NCBI GenBank assembly: GCA_965279525.1
Contig: CBDIIB010000004.1
Location: forward strand, 224,001-288,000
Length of the DNA: 64,000 nt
Direction: 5' to 3'
DNA from: Tagaea sp.
Lineage (GTDB): Bacteria; Pseudomonadota; Alphaproteobacteria; CACIAM-22H2
Positions 11,030 to 22,153 of the stretch are shown here, piece by piece (position 1 is the stretch's first letter; every line of letters starts with the position of its first letter). The notes beneath the pieces are model-generated. The model saw only the letters and a program-made list of their open reading frames with translations. It had not been told where the DNA came from and searched no databases. Both the position numbers and the translations under genes were made by a program.

Positions 11030-11509
11030 ATGATCGGCCCTTTCTCCGACAAGTCCTTCCGCGACCGTTACCTTTGGGTCGTCTTTCCGTTGATGTTCCT
11101 TTTCGTGGCTTCGGCGAACGGTGCGCTGGTCTATTTCGCGATGACGAGCTGGCCTGGTCTTGCCTACGAAAACGCGTCCGAACGCGGCCGGAAGTTCAAC
11201 CGCGTCCTTGCGGAAGAAGAAAAGGAAAGCGCCCTCGGCTGGACGTTCGGTCTGCGCTATTCGGACGGCGCAGTCATCGTCGACGCGCGGGATCGCGACG
11301 GTCAGGTGCTGGTCGACCTCCAGCTCGCCGGCACGCTCGTCCGGCCGCTTGGCGGGACCGACGACAGGAAGCTCGAGTTCCGCCCCGCCGGCCCGGGCAA
11401 GTATGAGGCGGTCGCGGAACTGCCGCTCAAGGGGCAGTGGGAAGTCCGCCTCGTCGCGGACCGGATGGGCGACCGGTCGCACAGCGCCACGCGCTTCGTG
11501 GTCCGATAG
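11030..11509 (+). CDS. ccoH: CcoH/FixH
   Basis: N-terminal TM, then AMTSWPGL...GRKFN and C-terminal LPLKGQWEV. Lies between ccoG and ccoI. Confidence 0.9.
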   Translation: MIGPFSDKSFRDRYLWVVFPLMFLFVASANGALVYFAMTSWPGLAYENASERGRKFNRVLAEEEKESALGWTFGLRYSDGAVIVDARDRDGQVLVDLQLAGTLVRPLGGTDDRKLEFRPAGPGKYEAVAELPLKGQWEVRLVADRMGDRSHSATRFVVR

Positions 11510-11517
11510 GCGCCGTC

Positions 11518-13869
11518 ATGGCCCCGTTCGACGGAATCGCGGAGACTGCCAAAGCCGGATGCATCCATTGTGCATCTCCGGTCGAAGCCGGCATGCGGTT
11601 CTGCTGCACCGGGTGCGAAGCAGCCTACGAAGCCGTACGTGGACTTGGCCTCGACTCATTCTATGCGCGCCGACAACTGGCCGCCGGTTCGCGGAACCTC
11701 AAACCCGAGGCGAATGTCGTCTTCGACTATGCCGGTCGTACGCACGTCGATGCCGCCGGCAACGCCGAACTGCACCTGATGGTCGAAGGCCTGACCTGTG
11801 CCGCCTGCGTCTGGCTGATCGAAAGCGTCTATGCGCGCGAAGCGGACGTCCTCGATGCGCGCGTCAATCTCTCCACCGGCCGGTTCGTGCTGAAATGGCG
11901 GGGTGCGGCCGAGCGGGCGTCGTCGCTCGTGGCGTTGGTTTCGCGGCTGGGCTTCCGTCTCGTCCCGTTCGATCCGGGCTGCCTCGACGATGCGCATGCG
12001 CGCGAGGAGAAGGACCTGCTCCGCGCGACCGGCGTCGCCGGGTTCGCCGCCGGAAACGTGATGATGCTGTCGGTCGCGGTCTGGGTCGGCGTCGACATGG
12101 GCCCCGCGACGAAGGATCTGCTCCACTGGGTTTCGGCGCTGATCGGCCTGCCTTGCATCTTCTACGCAGGGCTTCCGTTCTACCGGTCGGCGATCGCCGC
12201 CCTTCGCGGCGGTCGCCTCAACATGGATGTGCCGATCGCCGTCGGAGTCACGATGACGGCGGCCATGAGCCTGTCGGAAACGATCCGGGGCGGCCCCTAC
12301 GCATATTTCGATGCAGCACTGACATTGCTTTTCTTCCTCCTTGCCGGCCGCTATCTCGACCGCCGCGCGCGCGGACGTGCGCGCGCCAGTGCGGCACACC
12401 TGATCGCACTCTCGGCCCGCCCGGTGACGGTCGTCGATGCGAGCGAGGCATCGCGCAGTGTTTCTGCCGATGCAGTGCGCGTCGGCGACATCGTTCTGGT
12501 CGCCACCGGTGAACGGATCGGAGTCGATGGCTGCGTGCGCGAGGGCATTTCGGCCGTCGACGAGTCCGTCGTCACGGGTGAAACGCTGCCGCGCGACGTG
12601 GCCCCGGGTGCCCAAGTCTTCGCAGGCATGATCAATCTCGGTCCTGCCCTGCGGATCGAGACGACGGCCACCGGCGAGCGCACGCTGCTGGCCGAGATCG
12701 TCCGGCTGGTCGAAACCGCCGAGCATGGCCGCTCACGGTTCGTCGCGATCGCCGAGCGGGTGACCCGCCTCTATGCGCCCGTCGTCCACGTCACGGCGCT
12801 CGCCACGTTCCTGGGCTGGTTCCATCTGGTCGGCGTCGAGTGGCAGGTGGCGATGCTCTATGCCGTCGCCACACTCATCATCACCTGTCCGTGCGCGCTC
12901 GGGCTTGCGGTTCCTTCGGTGCAGACGATCGCCTCGGGGCGCCTCATGCGCGGCGGCATCCTGCTCAAGAACGCCACGGCACTCGAGCGCCTCGCCGAGA
13001 TCGATACAGTCGTTTTCGACAAGACCGGCACGCTTACGCAAGGCCAGCTCGTGCTTCAGTCGGATCCTGCATCGAGGGAAGATGACCTGCGCCTGGCGGC
13101 GTCGATCGCCGCCAGTTCGCGTCACCCGTTGGCGCGTGCGCTCTGCCGTGCGTGTGCGGGCCACGGCATCGCCGGCGGCGTCGTCGAGATCCCCGGCGCC
13201 GGGCTCACTTGGGGCGACGTGAAGCTCGGATCGCGCGAGTTCTGCGATGTCGATACGGCGGAATCACCACCTGTCGGTCCCGAAATCTGGCTGCGGTTCG
13301 GCGATGGGCGCAAGGTGCGCTTTGCCTTCGCCGATGCGCCGCGCGCCGATGCGGCCAGCACAATAGAAGCGCTCCGTTCGCGCGGTCTTGCGGTCGAACT
13401 CCTGTCCGGCGACCGGATCGAAGTTGTCCGGGGGATCGCCGACCGGCTCGGCATCGCGGCGTACCGTGGCAAGGTCTCGCCGGCGGCCAAGGCCGCGCGG
13501 CTTGCGGAACTGGCCGCAAGCGGCCGGCGGGTCCTGATGGTGGGCGACGGTCTCAACGACGCGCCGGCACTGGCTGCGGCCCATGCGTCGCTGTCGCCGG
13601 CATCCGGTGCCGACGTCGCGCAGGTCGCCGCAGACGCGGTGTTCCAGGGGAGCCGGCTTGCCGCGGTCATTGAGCTGCTCGACGTGGCCACGCGCGCCCG
13701 GGTGCTCGTCCGCCAGAACATCGCGATGTCGATCGTGTATAATGCGCTGGCCGTGCCTCTGGCGGTGCTGGGCATGGTGACGCCGCCGATCGCGGCGGCC
13801 CTGATGTCGAGCTCGTCGATCGCGGTCGTCGCGAACGCGCTGCGCCTTTCGCGCAGGAAGGAAGCCTGA
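11518..13869 (+). CDS. ccoI: CcoI/FixI copper-delivering P1B ATPase
   Basis: N-terminal CIHC...FCCTGC, CAACVWLIE, TCPCALGL, DKTGTLT and GDGLND. Confidence 0.95.
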   Translation: MAPFDGIAETAKAGCIHCASPVEAGMRFCCTGCEAAYEAVRGLGLDSFYARRQLAAGSRNLKPEANVVFDYAGRTHVDAAGNAELHLMVEGLTCAACVWLIESVYAREADVLDARVNLSTGRFVLKWRGAAERASSLVALVSRLGFRLVPFDPGCLDDAHAREEKDLLRATGVAGFAAGNVMMLSVAVWVGVDMGPATKDLLHWVSALIGLPCIFYAGLPFYRSAIAALRGGRLNMDVPIAVGVTMTAAMSLSETIRGGPYAYFDAALTLLFFLLAGRYLDRRARGRARASAAHLIALSARPVTVVDASEASRSVSADAVRVGDIVLVATGERIGVDGCVREGISAVDESVVTGETLPRDVAPGAQVFAGMINLGPALRIETTATGERTLLAEIVRLVETAEHGRSRFVAIAERVTRLYAPVVHVTALATFLGWFHLVGVEWQVAMLYAVATLIITCPCALGLAVPSVQTIASGRLMRGGILLKNATALERLAEIDTVVFDKTGTLTQGQLVLQSDPASREDDLRLAASIAASSRHPLARALCRACAGHGIAGGVVEIPGAGLTWGDVKLGSREFCDVDTAESPPVGPEIWLRFGDGRKVRFAFADAPRADAASTIEALRSRGLAVELLSGDRIEVVRGIADRLGIAAYRGKVSPAAKAARLAELAASGRRVLMVGDGLNDAPALAAAHASLSPASGADVAQVAADAVFQGSRLAAVIELLDVATRARVLVRQNIAMSIVYNALAVPLAVLGMVTPPIAAALMSSSSIAVVANALRLSRRKEA

Positions 13870-14027
13870 TGGATTCCCTGATCGTCCTTATACCGGTTTC
13901 GCTGTTCTTCGCGCTCGCGGCCCTGGTGGCGTTTCTCTGGTCGCTGCGCAGCGGCCAGTACGAGGACATGGAAGGGGCGGCAAGCCGCATCCTGTTCGAC
14001 GAAGACCGGCCGAAACCGCCGAAGTGA
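13869..14027 (+). CDS. ccoS: CcoS/FixS (52 aa, not in the ORF track)
   Basis: Reads MDSLIVLIPVSLFFALAALVAFLWSLRSGQYEDMEGAASRILFDEDRPKPPK. Its start overlaps the ccoI stop (TGATG). Confidence 0.95.
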   Translation: MDSLIVLIPVSLFFALAALVAFLWSLRSGQYEDMEGAASRILFDEDRPKPPK

Positions 14028-14031
14028 AAAG

Positions 14032-15744
14032 TCAGCGGACCAGGTCGCCGACGATCGTCCGGGCATCGGCGACGGTCGCGGCATAGCGTATCGCCGGCTC
14101 ACGAAGCCCTGCCGCCAGAAGGCCCTTGCGTACCGCCGGGCGGGCACCGGCGATCACGAAAATCGTTCCGTTCGAGATCAGCTTTTCGGAGAACCGCTCC
14201 AGGCTCTTCGCCGCCGTCGCGTCGACCAGCGGCACATTGTCGAAATCGAGGATGAAGGCGCGGGGAAGTCGCCCGATCCGGTCGAGCGTGGCGATCACGC
14301 TCGCCGTGGCACCGAAGAAGAACGCGCCGCTGATCTTGTAGACGACGACGTCCGGGTCGAGCGCGCTTGCACCGGGATAGGGGATGCGTGCATCGGCGGG
14401 CCCGTCGGCGATATCCTGGGCGACAAGCGGGCCGCCACCTTCGACTTCGATCGCTTCGGCCATCCGGTGCAGGAAAAGGAAGGCGCCGAGCGTCACGCCC
14501 ACGGCGATGCCGGTGGTCAGGTCCTCGAACACCGTCAGCAGGAACGTCGCGAGCAGCACCAGCGCGTCGCCGGGCGAGGCGCGCAGCAGGGCGGCGAACT
14601 CCGCGCGCTCGGCCATGTTCCACGAGACGATCGCCAGGACGGCGCCGAGTGCGGCCAAAGGCACATACGCGGCAAGCGGTGCGGCGAACATCATGAACAG
14701 CAGGATATAGAGCGCGTGCAGGATCCCGGCGACGGGTCCGCGCGCACCCGCGCGAACGTTGGTCGCGGTGCGCGCGATCGTGCCGGTGACAGGCATGCCG
14801 CCGAAGACCACGGCTGCGATGTTCGCACCGCCCTGGGCGACGAGTTCGCAGTTGGAGCGGTGCCGCCGGCCGGTCATGCCGTCGGCGACGAGGGCCGATA
14901 GCAGCGATTCGATCGAGCCGAGGAACGCGATCGCGAGCGCGTCGGGCAGGACCGCGCGCATTTTCGTAAAAGTGATGTCGGGCAGCGACGGTGCAGGAAG
15001 ATGGTCGGGGATGCCGCCGAAGCGCGTTCCGACCGTCGCGACATCGAGACCGAGGATGGCGGCGACGGCACTGGAAAGGCCGACCGCAATCAGCAGGCCC
15101 GGCCATGCCGGCCGGATCTTGCGCAGGACGAGGATCGTTGCGAGTGCCAGGGCAGCGATCCCGATGGTCTGCCAGCGAAACGTGGGCAGCGCATCCCAGA
15201 TTGCCACCAGCTTGGGCAGGAAGGCCGCCGGCTCGTTCCGGATGTCGAGGCCGAGAAGCTCGCGAAGCTGGCTTGCGAAGATGATCACGGCGATGCCGGA
15301 CGTGAACCCGACCGTGACGGGGTAGGGGATGTACTTGATATAGGTGCCCAGCCGCAGGAACCCCACGGTCAGCATCACGAGCCCCGCAATCAGCGTCGCG
15401 ATGACAAGCCCGTCATAGCCGTGCCGTTCGACGATCGATGCGATCAGCACGATGAAGGCGCCGGCCGGACCGCCGATCTGGAAGCGGCTGCCGCCGAATG
15501 CAGAGATCAGGAAGCCGCCAATGATGGCGGTGAAGAGACCGCGATCCGGCGAAAGACCGGACGCGATCGCGATCGCCATGCAGAGCGGAATGGCGACGAT
15601 CGCGACAGTCAGTCCGGCAACGGCATCGTCCTTCAACGCGCGCGCGTCATAGCCCTCGCGCAACACGGAGACCAGTTTAGGCGTGAACATCTCCGCGAAG
15701 CTCGGCCGCGATGCGGAGCGACCCGGCGTTCTGGTGTCGGCCAT
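14032..15744 (-). CDS. SulP-family anion transporter with C-terminal STAS domain
   Basis: Motifs DAVAGLTVAIVAIPL, GGSRFQIGGP, ELVAQG and TGTIARTATN. STAS segment GAFFFG...LVDATA. Confidence 0.93.
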   Translation of the reverse strand: MADTRTPGRSASRPSFAEMFTPKLVSVLREGYDARALKDDAVAGLTVAIVAIPLCMAIAIASGLSPDRGLFTAIIGGFLISAFGGSRFQIGGPAGAFIVLIASIVERHGYDGLVIATLIAGLVMLTVGFLRLGTYIKYIPYPVTVGFTSGIAVIIFASQLRELLGLDIRNEPAAFLPKLVAIWDALPTFRWQTIGIAALALATILVLRKIRPAWPGLLIAVGLSSAVAAILGLDVATVGTRFGGIPDHLPAPSLPDITFTKMRAVLPDALAIAFLGSIESLLSALVADGMTGRRHRSNCELVAQGGANIAAVVFGGMPVTGTIARTATNVRAGARGPVAGILHALYILLFMMFAAPLAAYVPLAALGAVLAIVSWNMAERAEFAALLRASPGDALVLLATFLLTVFEDLTTGIAVGVTLGAFLFLHRMAEAIEVEGGGPLVAQDIADGPADARIPYPGASALDPDVVVYKISGAFFFGATASVIATLDRIGRLPRAFILDFDNVPLVDATAAKSLERFSEKLISNGTIFVIAGARPAVRKGLLAAGLREPAIRYAATVADARTIVGDLVR

Positions 15745-15856
15745 CGGCAGTTGTTCCTTTGAGTCAGGCGATTGTCGCTGGGCGCATTCATCGCGGCAAG
15801 GAACTACACCGCACGTACGTCAAATCGCCCGAAAGCGTTTGATGCCCCAATAATTC

Positions 15857-15920
15857 CATAATTTTATTACGTATGATCCATGTTTCATGTATTAATTTCG
15901 GTATACGTAGTAAAGTTACA
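15857..15920. promoter_or_regulatory. Two HexR-like operator sites upstream of zwf
   Basis: CATAATTTTATTACG (15857-15871) and CGTAGTAAAGTTACA (15906-15920) resemble the HexR palindrome TGTAATwwwATTACA. The operon itself encodes a HexR-like regulator. Confidence 0.7.
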
Positions 15921-15937
15921 TAACGTGAGGTCGGTTG

Positions 15938-17419
15938 ATGGCACAGATCATACCCGTGGCGGCGTTCGACTATGTCGTGTTCGGCGGGACCGGCGACCTT
16001 GCGACACGCAAGCTTCTACCGGCCCTTTTCCATCGCGACGTCGACGGACAGATCCCGCCCGAGGCGCGGATCTTCGCGATTTCCAGGCGCGACTACGACA
16101 ATGCGGCCTATGTCGCCTTCGTCGAGGGACAGGTGCGCCGCCATCTCGGCCCGGGCGATCCCGATCCGGTTGCCTGGGCCCGGTTCCGCGCGCGCCTGCA
16201 CCATGTGACGCTCGATGCGGAAGCGGACACGGGCTGGGACCGGCTGGTCGAAACGCTCGGTCCGGCAGGTTCGCGCGTGCGCGTGTTCTATCTGGCGACG
16301 TCGCCGCAGTTCTACGGCCCGATCGCGCGTCGTCTGGGGGCGGCGGGGCTGGCGCGCGACGGCGCGCGCCTGGTCGTGGAAAAGCCGATCGGCAGCGACC
16401 TTGCGAGCGCACAGCGCATCAACGACGAGATCGGTGCGGTCTTCGACGAACTGCACATCTACCGCATCGACCACTATCTCGGAAAGGAAGCGGTCCAGAA
16501 CCTGCTGGCCCTGCGCTTCGCGAATTCCCTTTTCGAGCCGCTGTGGAACTCGATGTGGATCGACCACGTGCAGATCACGGTGTCGGAGACCGTCGGTCTC
16601 GAGGGCCGGGCCGGCTACTACGAATCCGCCGGCGCGCTGCGCGACATGGTCCAGAACCATCTGCTGCAGCTCACCTGCCTCGTCGCGATGGAACCGCCGC
16701 AGGCGCTGACCGCCGATGCGGTGCGCGACGAGAAGCTGAAGGTCCTGCGCTCGCTCGACGTGCTGGCCGACGGTGCGCGCGACGGACATGTCGTGCGCGG
16801 CCAATACGTGGCCGGCGCCATCGACGGTGCGGCCGTGCCCGGATATGGCGAGGAACTCGGCAAGGGTGCGGTCAGCCGCACCGAAACGTTCGTCGCGATC
16901 AAGCTCGGGATCGCGAACTGGCGCTGGTCGGGCGTGCCGTTCTATCTGCGTACCGGAAAGCGGATGGCCCGCAAGACGTCCGAGATCGTCGTCCAGTTCA
17001 AACCGGTTCCCCATTCGATCTTCGGATCGGGGGCGGGTACGGCACTTGTCGCGAACCGGCTCGTCGTGCGCCTCCAGCCCGACGAGGGGATCACGCTTCG
17101 CCTGATGACCAAGGAGCCGGGCCCGGGCGGCCTGCGGCTGCGGTCGGTTCCGCTCGACCTGAGCTTCGCGGAAACGTTCTCGACCCGCTTTCCCGAGGCG
17201 TACGAACGGCTGCTCATGGACGTGGTGCGCGGCAATCCGACGCTGTTCATGCGTCGCGACGAAGTCGAGGCGGCATGGAGCTGGATCGAAGCGACGATCC
17301 GCCACTGGGAGCGTTCCGGCGAGCCGCCGAAGAACTACGTTGCCGGGAGCTGGGGGCCGCCGGCGGCGACCGCCCTCATCGAGCGCGACGGGCGGACATG
17401 GCACGAGGAGCTCAGCTGA
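15938..17419 (+). CDS. zwf: Glucose-6-phosphate 1-dehydrogenase
   Basis: Motifs [32 protein letters not shown] and [12 protein letters not shown]. Confidence 0.97.
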   Translation: MAQIIPVAAFDYVVFGGTGDLATRKLLPALFHRDVDGQIPPEARIFAISRRDYDNAAYVAFVEGQVRRHLGPGDPDPVAWARFRARLHHVTLDAEADTGWDRLVETLGPAGSRVRVFYLATSPQFYGPIARRLGAAGLARDGARLVVEKPIGSDLASAQRINDEIGAVFDELHIYRIDHYLGKEAVQNLLALRFANSLFEPLWNSMWIDHVQITVSETVGLEGRAGYYESAGALRDMVQNHLLQLTCLVAMEPPQALTADAVRDEKLKVLRSLDVLADGARDGHVVRGQYVAGAIDGAAVPGYGEELGKGAVSRTETFVAIKLGIANWRWSGVPFYLRTGKRMARKTSEIVVQFKPVPHSIFGSGAGTALVANRLVVRLQPDEGITLRLMTKEPGPGGLRLRSVPLDLSFAETFSTRFPEAYERLLMDVVRGNPTLFMRRDEVEAAWSWIEATIRHWERSGEPPKNYVAGSWGPPAATALIERDGRTWHEELS

Positions 17420-19263
17420 TGGCCAGTGCCGCGATCCGGAGAGTGACCGACGCGATACGTGCCCGAAGTGCGGACCGGCGCGCGGCCTACCTTGAACGTC
17501 TCGCAGCACAACGCGCGAAGGGACCGCGCCGTTCGACCCTGTCCTGCGGGAACCTCGCGCACGGATTTGCGGCCTGCGCGCCGGGCGACAAGGCGGAACT
17601 GAAGGACGGTCGCGCGCCGAACGTCGCGATCGTTTCGGCCTATAACGACATGCTGTCGGCGCATCAGCCTTTCGAGACCTATCCGGCCCTGATCCGCGAA
17701 GCGGTCCGCGCCGCCGGCGGCGTGGCGCAGTTCGCCGGTGGAACGCCCGCGATGTGCGACGGCGTCACGCAAGGCCAGACCGGAATGGAGCTGTCGCTGT
17801 TCAGCCGCGACACGATCGCGCTGTCGACCGCCATCGCCCTGTCGCACGACATGTTCGATGCGGCCCTGTGCCTTGGTGTCTGCGACAAGATCGTGCCGGG
17901 TCTCGTCATGGGGGCTCTGGCTTACGGGCACCTGCCGTTCGTCTTCATTCCGGCCGGCCCGATGACTTCGGGCCTGCCGAACGGCGAGAAGAGCCGCGTG
18001 CGGCAGCTCTACGCGGAGGGCAAGCTTGGCCGTGCCGATCTTCTGGCGGCCGAGGCAGCCTCGTATCATGGCCCCGGAACCTGCACGTTCTACGGGACCG
18101 CCAATTCGAACCAGATGCTGATGGAGATCATGGGGCTGCACCTGCCCGGTGCGAGCTTCCCCAATCCCGACAGCGTGCTGCGCGACCCGTTTACGCGCGC
18201 GGCGGCGGCGCGTGCCGTCGAACTGGCACTTGCCGGCGAAGCGCCGATCGGCGAGATCCTCGACGAGCGGGCGTTCGTCAACGGGATCGTCGGCCTGCTC
18301 GCGACCGGCGGGTCGACGAACCACACGATCCATCTCGTCGCCATGGCGCGCGCGGCCGGCATCGTGCTGCGCTGGGACGATTTCGACGCCCTTTCGGCGG
18401 CAGTCCCACAGCTGACCCGCATCTACCCGAACGGCTCCGCCGACGTGAACCATTTTCACGCTGCCGGTGGGATGGCTTTTCTCGTCCGCGAGCTGCTGGC
18501 AGCCGGCCTTCTCCACGATGATGTCCGCACGATCGCCGGAACGGGATTGGGGGCCTACGCGCGCGAGGCCTGGCTCGATGCCGGACGGCTTGCCTGGCGC
18601 GACGGTGCTGCCGCGACCGGCGACGACAAGGTGCTGCGACCCGTGGCACGGCCGTTCGATCCGCAAGGCGGCATCCGGACGATCTCGGGCAATCTGGGTC
18701 GGGCCGTCGTCAAGGTCTCGGCCGTGGCACCCGCGCATCGGCGGATCGAAGCGCCGGCACGCGTTTTCGAAAGCCAATCCGATCTCCAGCAGGCCTTCGC
18801 CCGGGACGAATTGACCGGCGATTTCGTCGCCGTGATCCGTTTCCAGGGGCCGCGTGCCAACGGGATGCCCGAACTTCACAAGCTGACGCCGCTGCTGGGC
18901 GTGCTGCAGGACCGCGGGCAGCGCGTGGCGTTGCTGACCGACGGCCGCATGTCCGGCGCTTCGGGCAAGGTCCTGGCGGCGATCCATCTGTCGCCGGAGG
19001 CGGCCTGCGGCGGCATGCTCGCCCGCGTGCGCGACGGCGATGTCATCCGGCTCGATGCGGAGCTGGGACTTGCCGAAATCATGCTCGCGGAGCCGGAGCT
19101 TGCCGCACGGTCACCTGCCGTGCTTGCACCTGAAGCCAACCACTGGGGCTATGGGCGCGAGCTGTTTGCCGTGTTCCGGCAGAATGTCGGCGATGCGGAG
19201 GAGGGGGCCACGATACTGCAGTCGGGGCCGCCCACGATGGCGGATGTGAAATGTCCGGCCTGA
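17419..19263 (+). CDS. edd: Phosphogluconate dehydratase
   Basis: Motifs [35 protein letters not shown] and [10 protein letters not shown]. Start overlaps the zwf stop (TGATG). Confidence 0.96.
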   Translation: MASAAIRRVTDAIRARSADRRAAYLERLAAQRAKGPRRSTLSCGNLAHGFAACAPGDKAELKDGRAPNVAIVSAYNDMLSAHQPFETYPALIREAVRAAGGVAQFAGGTPAMCDGVTQGQTGMELSLFSRDTIALSTAIALSHDMFDAALCLGVCDKIVPGLVMGALAYGHLPFVFIPAGPMTSGLPNGEKSRVRQLYAEGKLGRADLLAAEAASYHGPGTCTFYGTANSNQMLMEIMGLHLPGASFPNPDSVLRDPFTRAAAARAVELALAGEAPIGEILDERAFVNGIVGLLATGGSTNHTIHLVAMARAAGIVLRWDDFDALSAAVPQLTRIYPNGSADVNHFHAAGGMAFLVRELLAAGLLHDDVRTIAGTGLGAYAREAWLDAGRLAWRDGAAATGDDKVLRPVARPFDPQGGIRTISGNLGRAVVKVSAVAPAHRRIEAPARVFESQSDLQQAFARDELTGDFVAVIRFQGPRANGMPELHKLTPLLGVLQDRGQRVALLTDGRMSGASGKVLAAIHLSPEAACGGMLARVRDGDVIRLDAELGLAEIMLAEPELAARSPAVLAPEANHWGYGRELFAVFRQNVGDAEEGATILQSGPPTMADVKCPA

Positions 19264-20102
19264 TCGACGAACTGCGCGCCCGGCTCCAGCATCTTCCCCG
19301 GCAGGAAGCAGCCGTCGCGCGCGCGGTGCTGGCCGATCCGAATGCGGCGTTGCACGTCGCCATCGCACGGCTCGCGCGCCATGCCGCCGTCAGCCAGCCG
19401 ACCGTGCTCCGGTTCTGCCGCTCGCTCGGCTATTCGGGATTTCCCGAGTTCAAGGTGGCACTCGCACAAAGCCTGGTTTCCGGCGTGGCCTATGTCAGCG
19501 CGCATGTGGAACCGGGCGACGAAGCCGCAGCCTATGCGCCCAAGGTCGTCGATGCCGCCACGGCAGCATTGCGGGCCGTGCGCAACCGGATGGATACCGA
19601 CAGGATCGCCGCGGCCGTCGAACTGTTCGCCGGTGCGCGCCAGATCATGGTCTGCGGCTTCGGCGGCTCCGCGGCGACCGCGGTCGACGCCGTCCACAAG
19701 CTGACGCGGTTCCAGATCCCCTGCCGGCAGCTCGCCGACCCGTTGATGGCCGCGATGGCGATCGAATCAGCCGAGCCCGGAGCCGATGTCCTTTTCGTCA
19801 TCTCCAACACCGGACGGACGCGTGTCCTCACCGACATTGCCGCAGCGGCCAGAGCCCGGGGGCTTGAGGTCGTCGCACTCAGTGCGCCGGGCTCGCCGAT
19901 CGCCGAGCGCGCGACGGTCGCCATCCTCGCCGAGCCGGCGGAAGACGCCGAGATTTTCACGCCGATGGCCTCGCGCATCGTGCAGCTGGCGCTTATCGAC
20001 GTGCTGATGACGGGGCTGGCGATCCGGCTGGGACCGCAGGTGCACGACAGGCTAGGCCGGATCAAACGCGCGCTGGCCGGCACGCGGACGGAACGGCGAT
20101 GA
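19251..20102 (+). CDS. hexR: RpiR/HexR-family transcriptional regulator
   Basis: [28 protein letters not shown] domain (ISNTGRT) and C-terminal [10 protein letters not shown]. Sits in an Entner-Doudoroff operon. Confidence 0.85.
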   Translation: MSGLIDELRARLQHLPRQEAAVARAVLADPNAALHVAIARLARHAAVSQPTVLRFCRSLGYSGFPEFKVALAQSLVSGVAYVSAHVEPGDEAAAYAPKVVDAATAALRAVRNRMDTDRIAAAVELFAGARQIMVCGFGGSAATAVDAVHKLTRFQIPCRQLADPLMAAMAIESAEPGADVLFVISNTGRTRVLTDIAAAARARGLEVVALSAPGSPIAERATVAILAEPAEDAEIFTPMASRIVQLALIDVLMTGLAIRLGPQVHDRLGRIKRALAGTRTERR

Positions 20103-20668
20103 GCAAGGCTTTCACCAAGGAAACCGATCAGGAGGAACTGCCGGACGACGATCTCCTGCCGCCGCTTCCGCCGGGTACCCGCAACTACATCACGCCGGCC
20201 GGCTGGCAGCGCCTGCAGGACGAGCTGCGCAACCTGCTGAGGGTCGAGCGGCCGAAGGTCGTGGAAACCGTGTCGTGGGCCGCAGGCAATGGCGACCGCT
20301 CCGAGAATGGCGATTACATCTACGGAAAGCGCCGGCTGCGGGAGATCGACCGGCGTGTCCGCTTCCTGACCAAGCGCCTCGAGATCGCCGAAGTCGTCGA
20401 TCCCCAGATGCAGAAGAACCGCAGCCAGGTCTTTTTCGGCGCGAGCGTGACTTTCGTGAACGCGCGCGACGAGGAGCGGACGGTGCGGATCGTGGGCATC
20501 GACGAGGCGCGCGGCGAAGCGGGCGAGATCGCGTGGATTTCGCCTGTCGCTCGGGCGCTCCTGCGGGCAAGGGTTGGCGATACGGTCGACGTCCGCACGC
20601 CCAACGGCACCGATCAGCTTGAGGTCCTCGCGATCGCTTATCCGCAGGCCGAGCAATCTAGCGGGTAA
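20099..20668 (+). CDS. greB: Transcription elongation factor GreB
   Basis: Motifs NYITPAG, WAAGNGDRSENGDYIYGKRRLREIDRR and WISPVARAL. Confidence 0.96.
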   Translation: MSKAFTKETDQEELPDDDLLPPLPPGTRNYITPAGWQRLQDELRNLLRVERPKVVETVSWAAGNGDRSENGDYIYGKRRLREIDRRVRFLTKRLEIAEVVDPQMQKNRSQVFFGASVTFVNARDEERTVRIVGIDEARGEAGEIAWISPVARALLRARVGDTVDVRTPNGTDQLEVLAIAYPQAEQSSG

Positions 20669-21665
20669 GCGTCCAGTCCTGATCTGCCGGAAACCGGCGG
20701 GCGACAAACCTGTAGGTCGCGCGCATCATCATCTCGAGACGCTTGGATTTGGCGCTGGCGTCCTCGTCCTGCCATTCCGCGATCAGCGCGTCCCAGATCA
20801 TCAGGCGCTGGTGCAGCCCGTCGCGGTTCTTGCGGATGAACGCGACCATTTCTTCGGGCTTGCGCACGACGTTCAGGATTTCGGCGAACTGCGCGTCGAT
20901 ATTCGCGAACGCGCTTCTGTATTCTTCCATCGGTGCGCGCATCAGGATGCGCACGCGATAGATTTCCTCGGAGAGGCCGCCTGAATTCTTGTAGAGCCGG
21001 CCGGCCGAGAGAATACGCGCGGAAATGCGGCTGACGAGCCCGTAGCGCTCGCGCAGACCCTCGATATAGGAGAGCTCGCGGGAAATCCGCTCGATGATGC
21101 CCAAGACAGTCTTCGGGTTGCCGAGCATGTCGCCCAGCTTCTCCTCGACGATCTTGAGTGCCGCCGTGCGTCGGGCGTCGAATTTCGGATCGTTGCACAG
21201 GGCGGCGGCGCCGATATCGGCATGGGTCGGATCGAATGCGGTCCCGTCCAGCGTGACAAGGGCGGCAAGCATCCGGCCACGCGCGCGATCAAGCTGCTCG
21301 GGCCCCACGCTCCAGGATGCCGAACCGTCGAGGATCTCGGCCGGGATGGAATCGCCAGGTCGGATCTCGCGGACATGCGTGAGGCCGCGCATCGCGACGT
21401 TCAGCAGGCGCGTATCGTCCTCGGTGAAATCCTTGAACATCTTCATCAGCGGGCCGAGCGGCAGGAATGCGCGGACCTCGCCAAGCGGCAACGACAGACC
21501 GGGATCGCCCGTATTCGGGTCCGACGTGATGCAGCAATCCGGTATGGCGAATATCTTATGGTCGAACAGGAAATGCGTGCTCTTCGTATAGTCCTTGGGC
21601 GGCGGGATTTCCCGCGCCTCGTCGGAAGTCGCCTTGCCCTCGACGCCTTCGGTTTCGTCGGTCAT
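20658..21665 (-). CDS. Hypothetical soluble protein (335 aa)
   Basis: Protein-like composition, helical C-terminal half, and it fills the gap between greB and the next ORF. No family recognised. Confidence 0.75.
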   Translation of the reverse strand: MTDETEGVEGKATSDEAREIPPPKDYTKSTHFLFDHKIFAIPDCCITSDPNTGDPGLSLPLGEVRAFLPLGPLMKMFKDFTEDDTRLLNVAMRGLTHVREIRPGDSIPAEILDGSASWSVGPEQLDRARGRMLAALVTLDGTAFDPTHADIGAAALCNDPKFDARRTAALKIVEEKLGDMLGNPKTVLGIIERISRELSYIEGLRERYGLVSRISARILSAGRLYKNSGGLSEEIYRVRILMRAPMEEYRSAFANIDAQFAEILNVVRKPEEMVAFIRKNRDGLHQRLMIWDALIAEWQDEDASAKSKRLEMMMRATYRFVARRFPADQDWTLTR

Positions 21666-21758
21666 TCTCGGATTTTTCTTGCGCTCGGAAAGCCGCGCAT
21701 TTCGTGGAGGAGGAGTTTCGCTCCGTCCTTCATGGAATTCAATGCTTTGAAGGGGCTT

Positions 21759-21998
21759 TTAGCGCCGCCGCTGCGGAATGGCGATCGTCCGGAGCTCGCG
21801 AACGGACTCTTCGGCCATCCAGCGTGCCATGTCGGCGATTTCCTGGCGTTTGACGCGCGACAGACTGTCGAAAGCCGCCTTGGCGATGAGCCAGTCGAGA
21901 CCGTCGTCAGTACGCATGGCTTTCTCGACATCCCGGACGATTGCGTCGTCCGGACCAAGCACGGAAGCCATTGCTCGAAGAACGATGTCGTTTTGCAT
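21759..21998 (-). CDS. Hypothetical protein (~79 aa)
   Basis: MQNDIVLRAMASVLGPDD...; amphipathic helical composition and AGAAG upstream of the ATG. Confidence 0.6.
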   Translation of the reverse strand: MQNDIVLRAMASVLGPDDAIVRDVEKAMRTDDGLDWLIAKAAFDSLSRVKRQEIADMARWMAEESVRELRTIAIPQRRR

Positions 21999-22153
21999 CT
22001 TCTGACGCCGGTGGACTGGACTTCGTGTATGCAGCGCACGCTCCGAGTCGGTCAACAGATCAGATGGATTTCTAATCCTGTCGATCCGCGAAATGCGAAT
22101 GAAAATAAGGATCTGGGCCTTGACGACTCCGTAATTTGGATCAGAATCCCCAC

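Noticed and set aside
6435-11052. Long antisense ORFs over the cco genes (e.g. 6435-8546, 9520-11052), and similar ones elsewhere in the window
   Set aside because: These are shadow frames typical of high-GC coding DNA, with no motifs, opposite well-supported genes.
15839-15853. FNR box upstream of SulP
   Set aside because: Only the TTGAT half-site is present; the second half does not match ATCAA.
15880-19263. 1127-aa ORF suggesting a giant Edd fusion
   Set aside because: The N-terminal ~510 aa is an Arg-rich alternative frame over zwf. The real edd starts at 17419.
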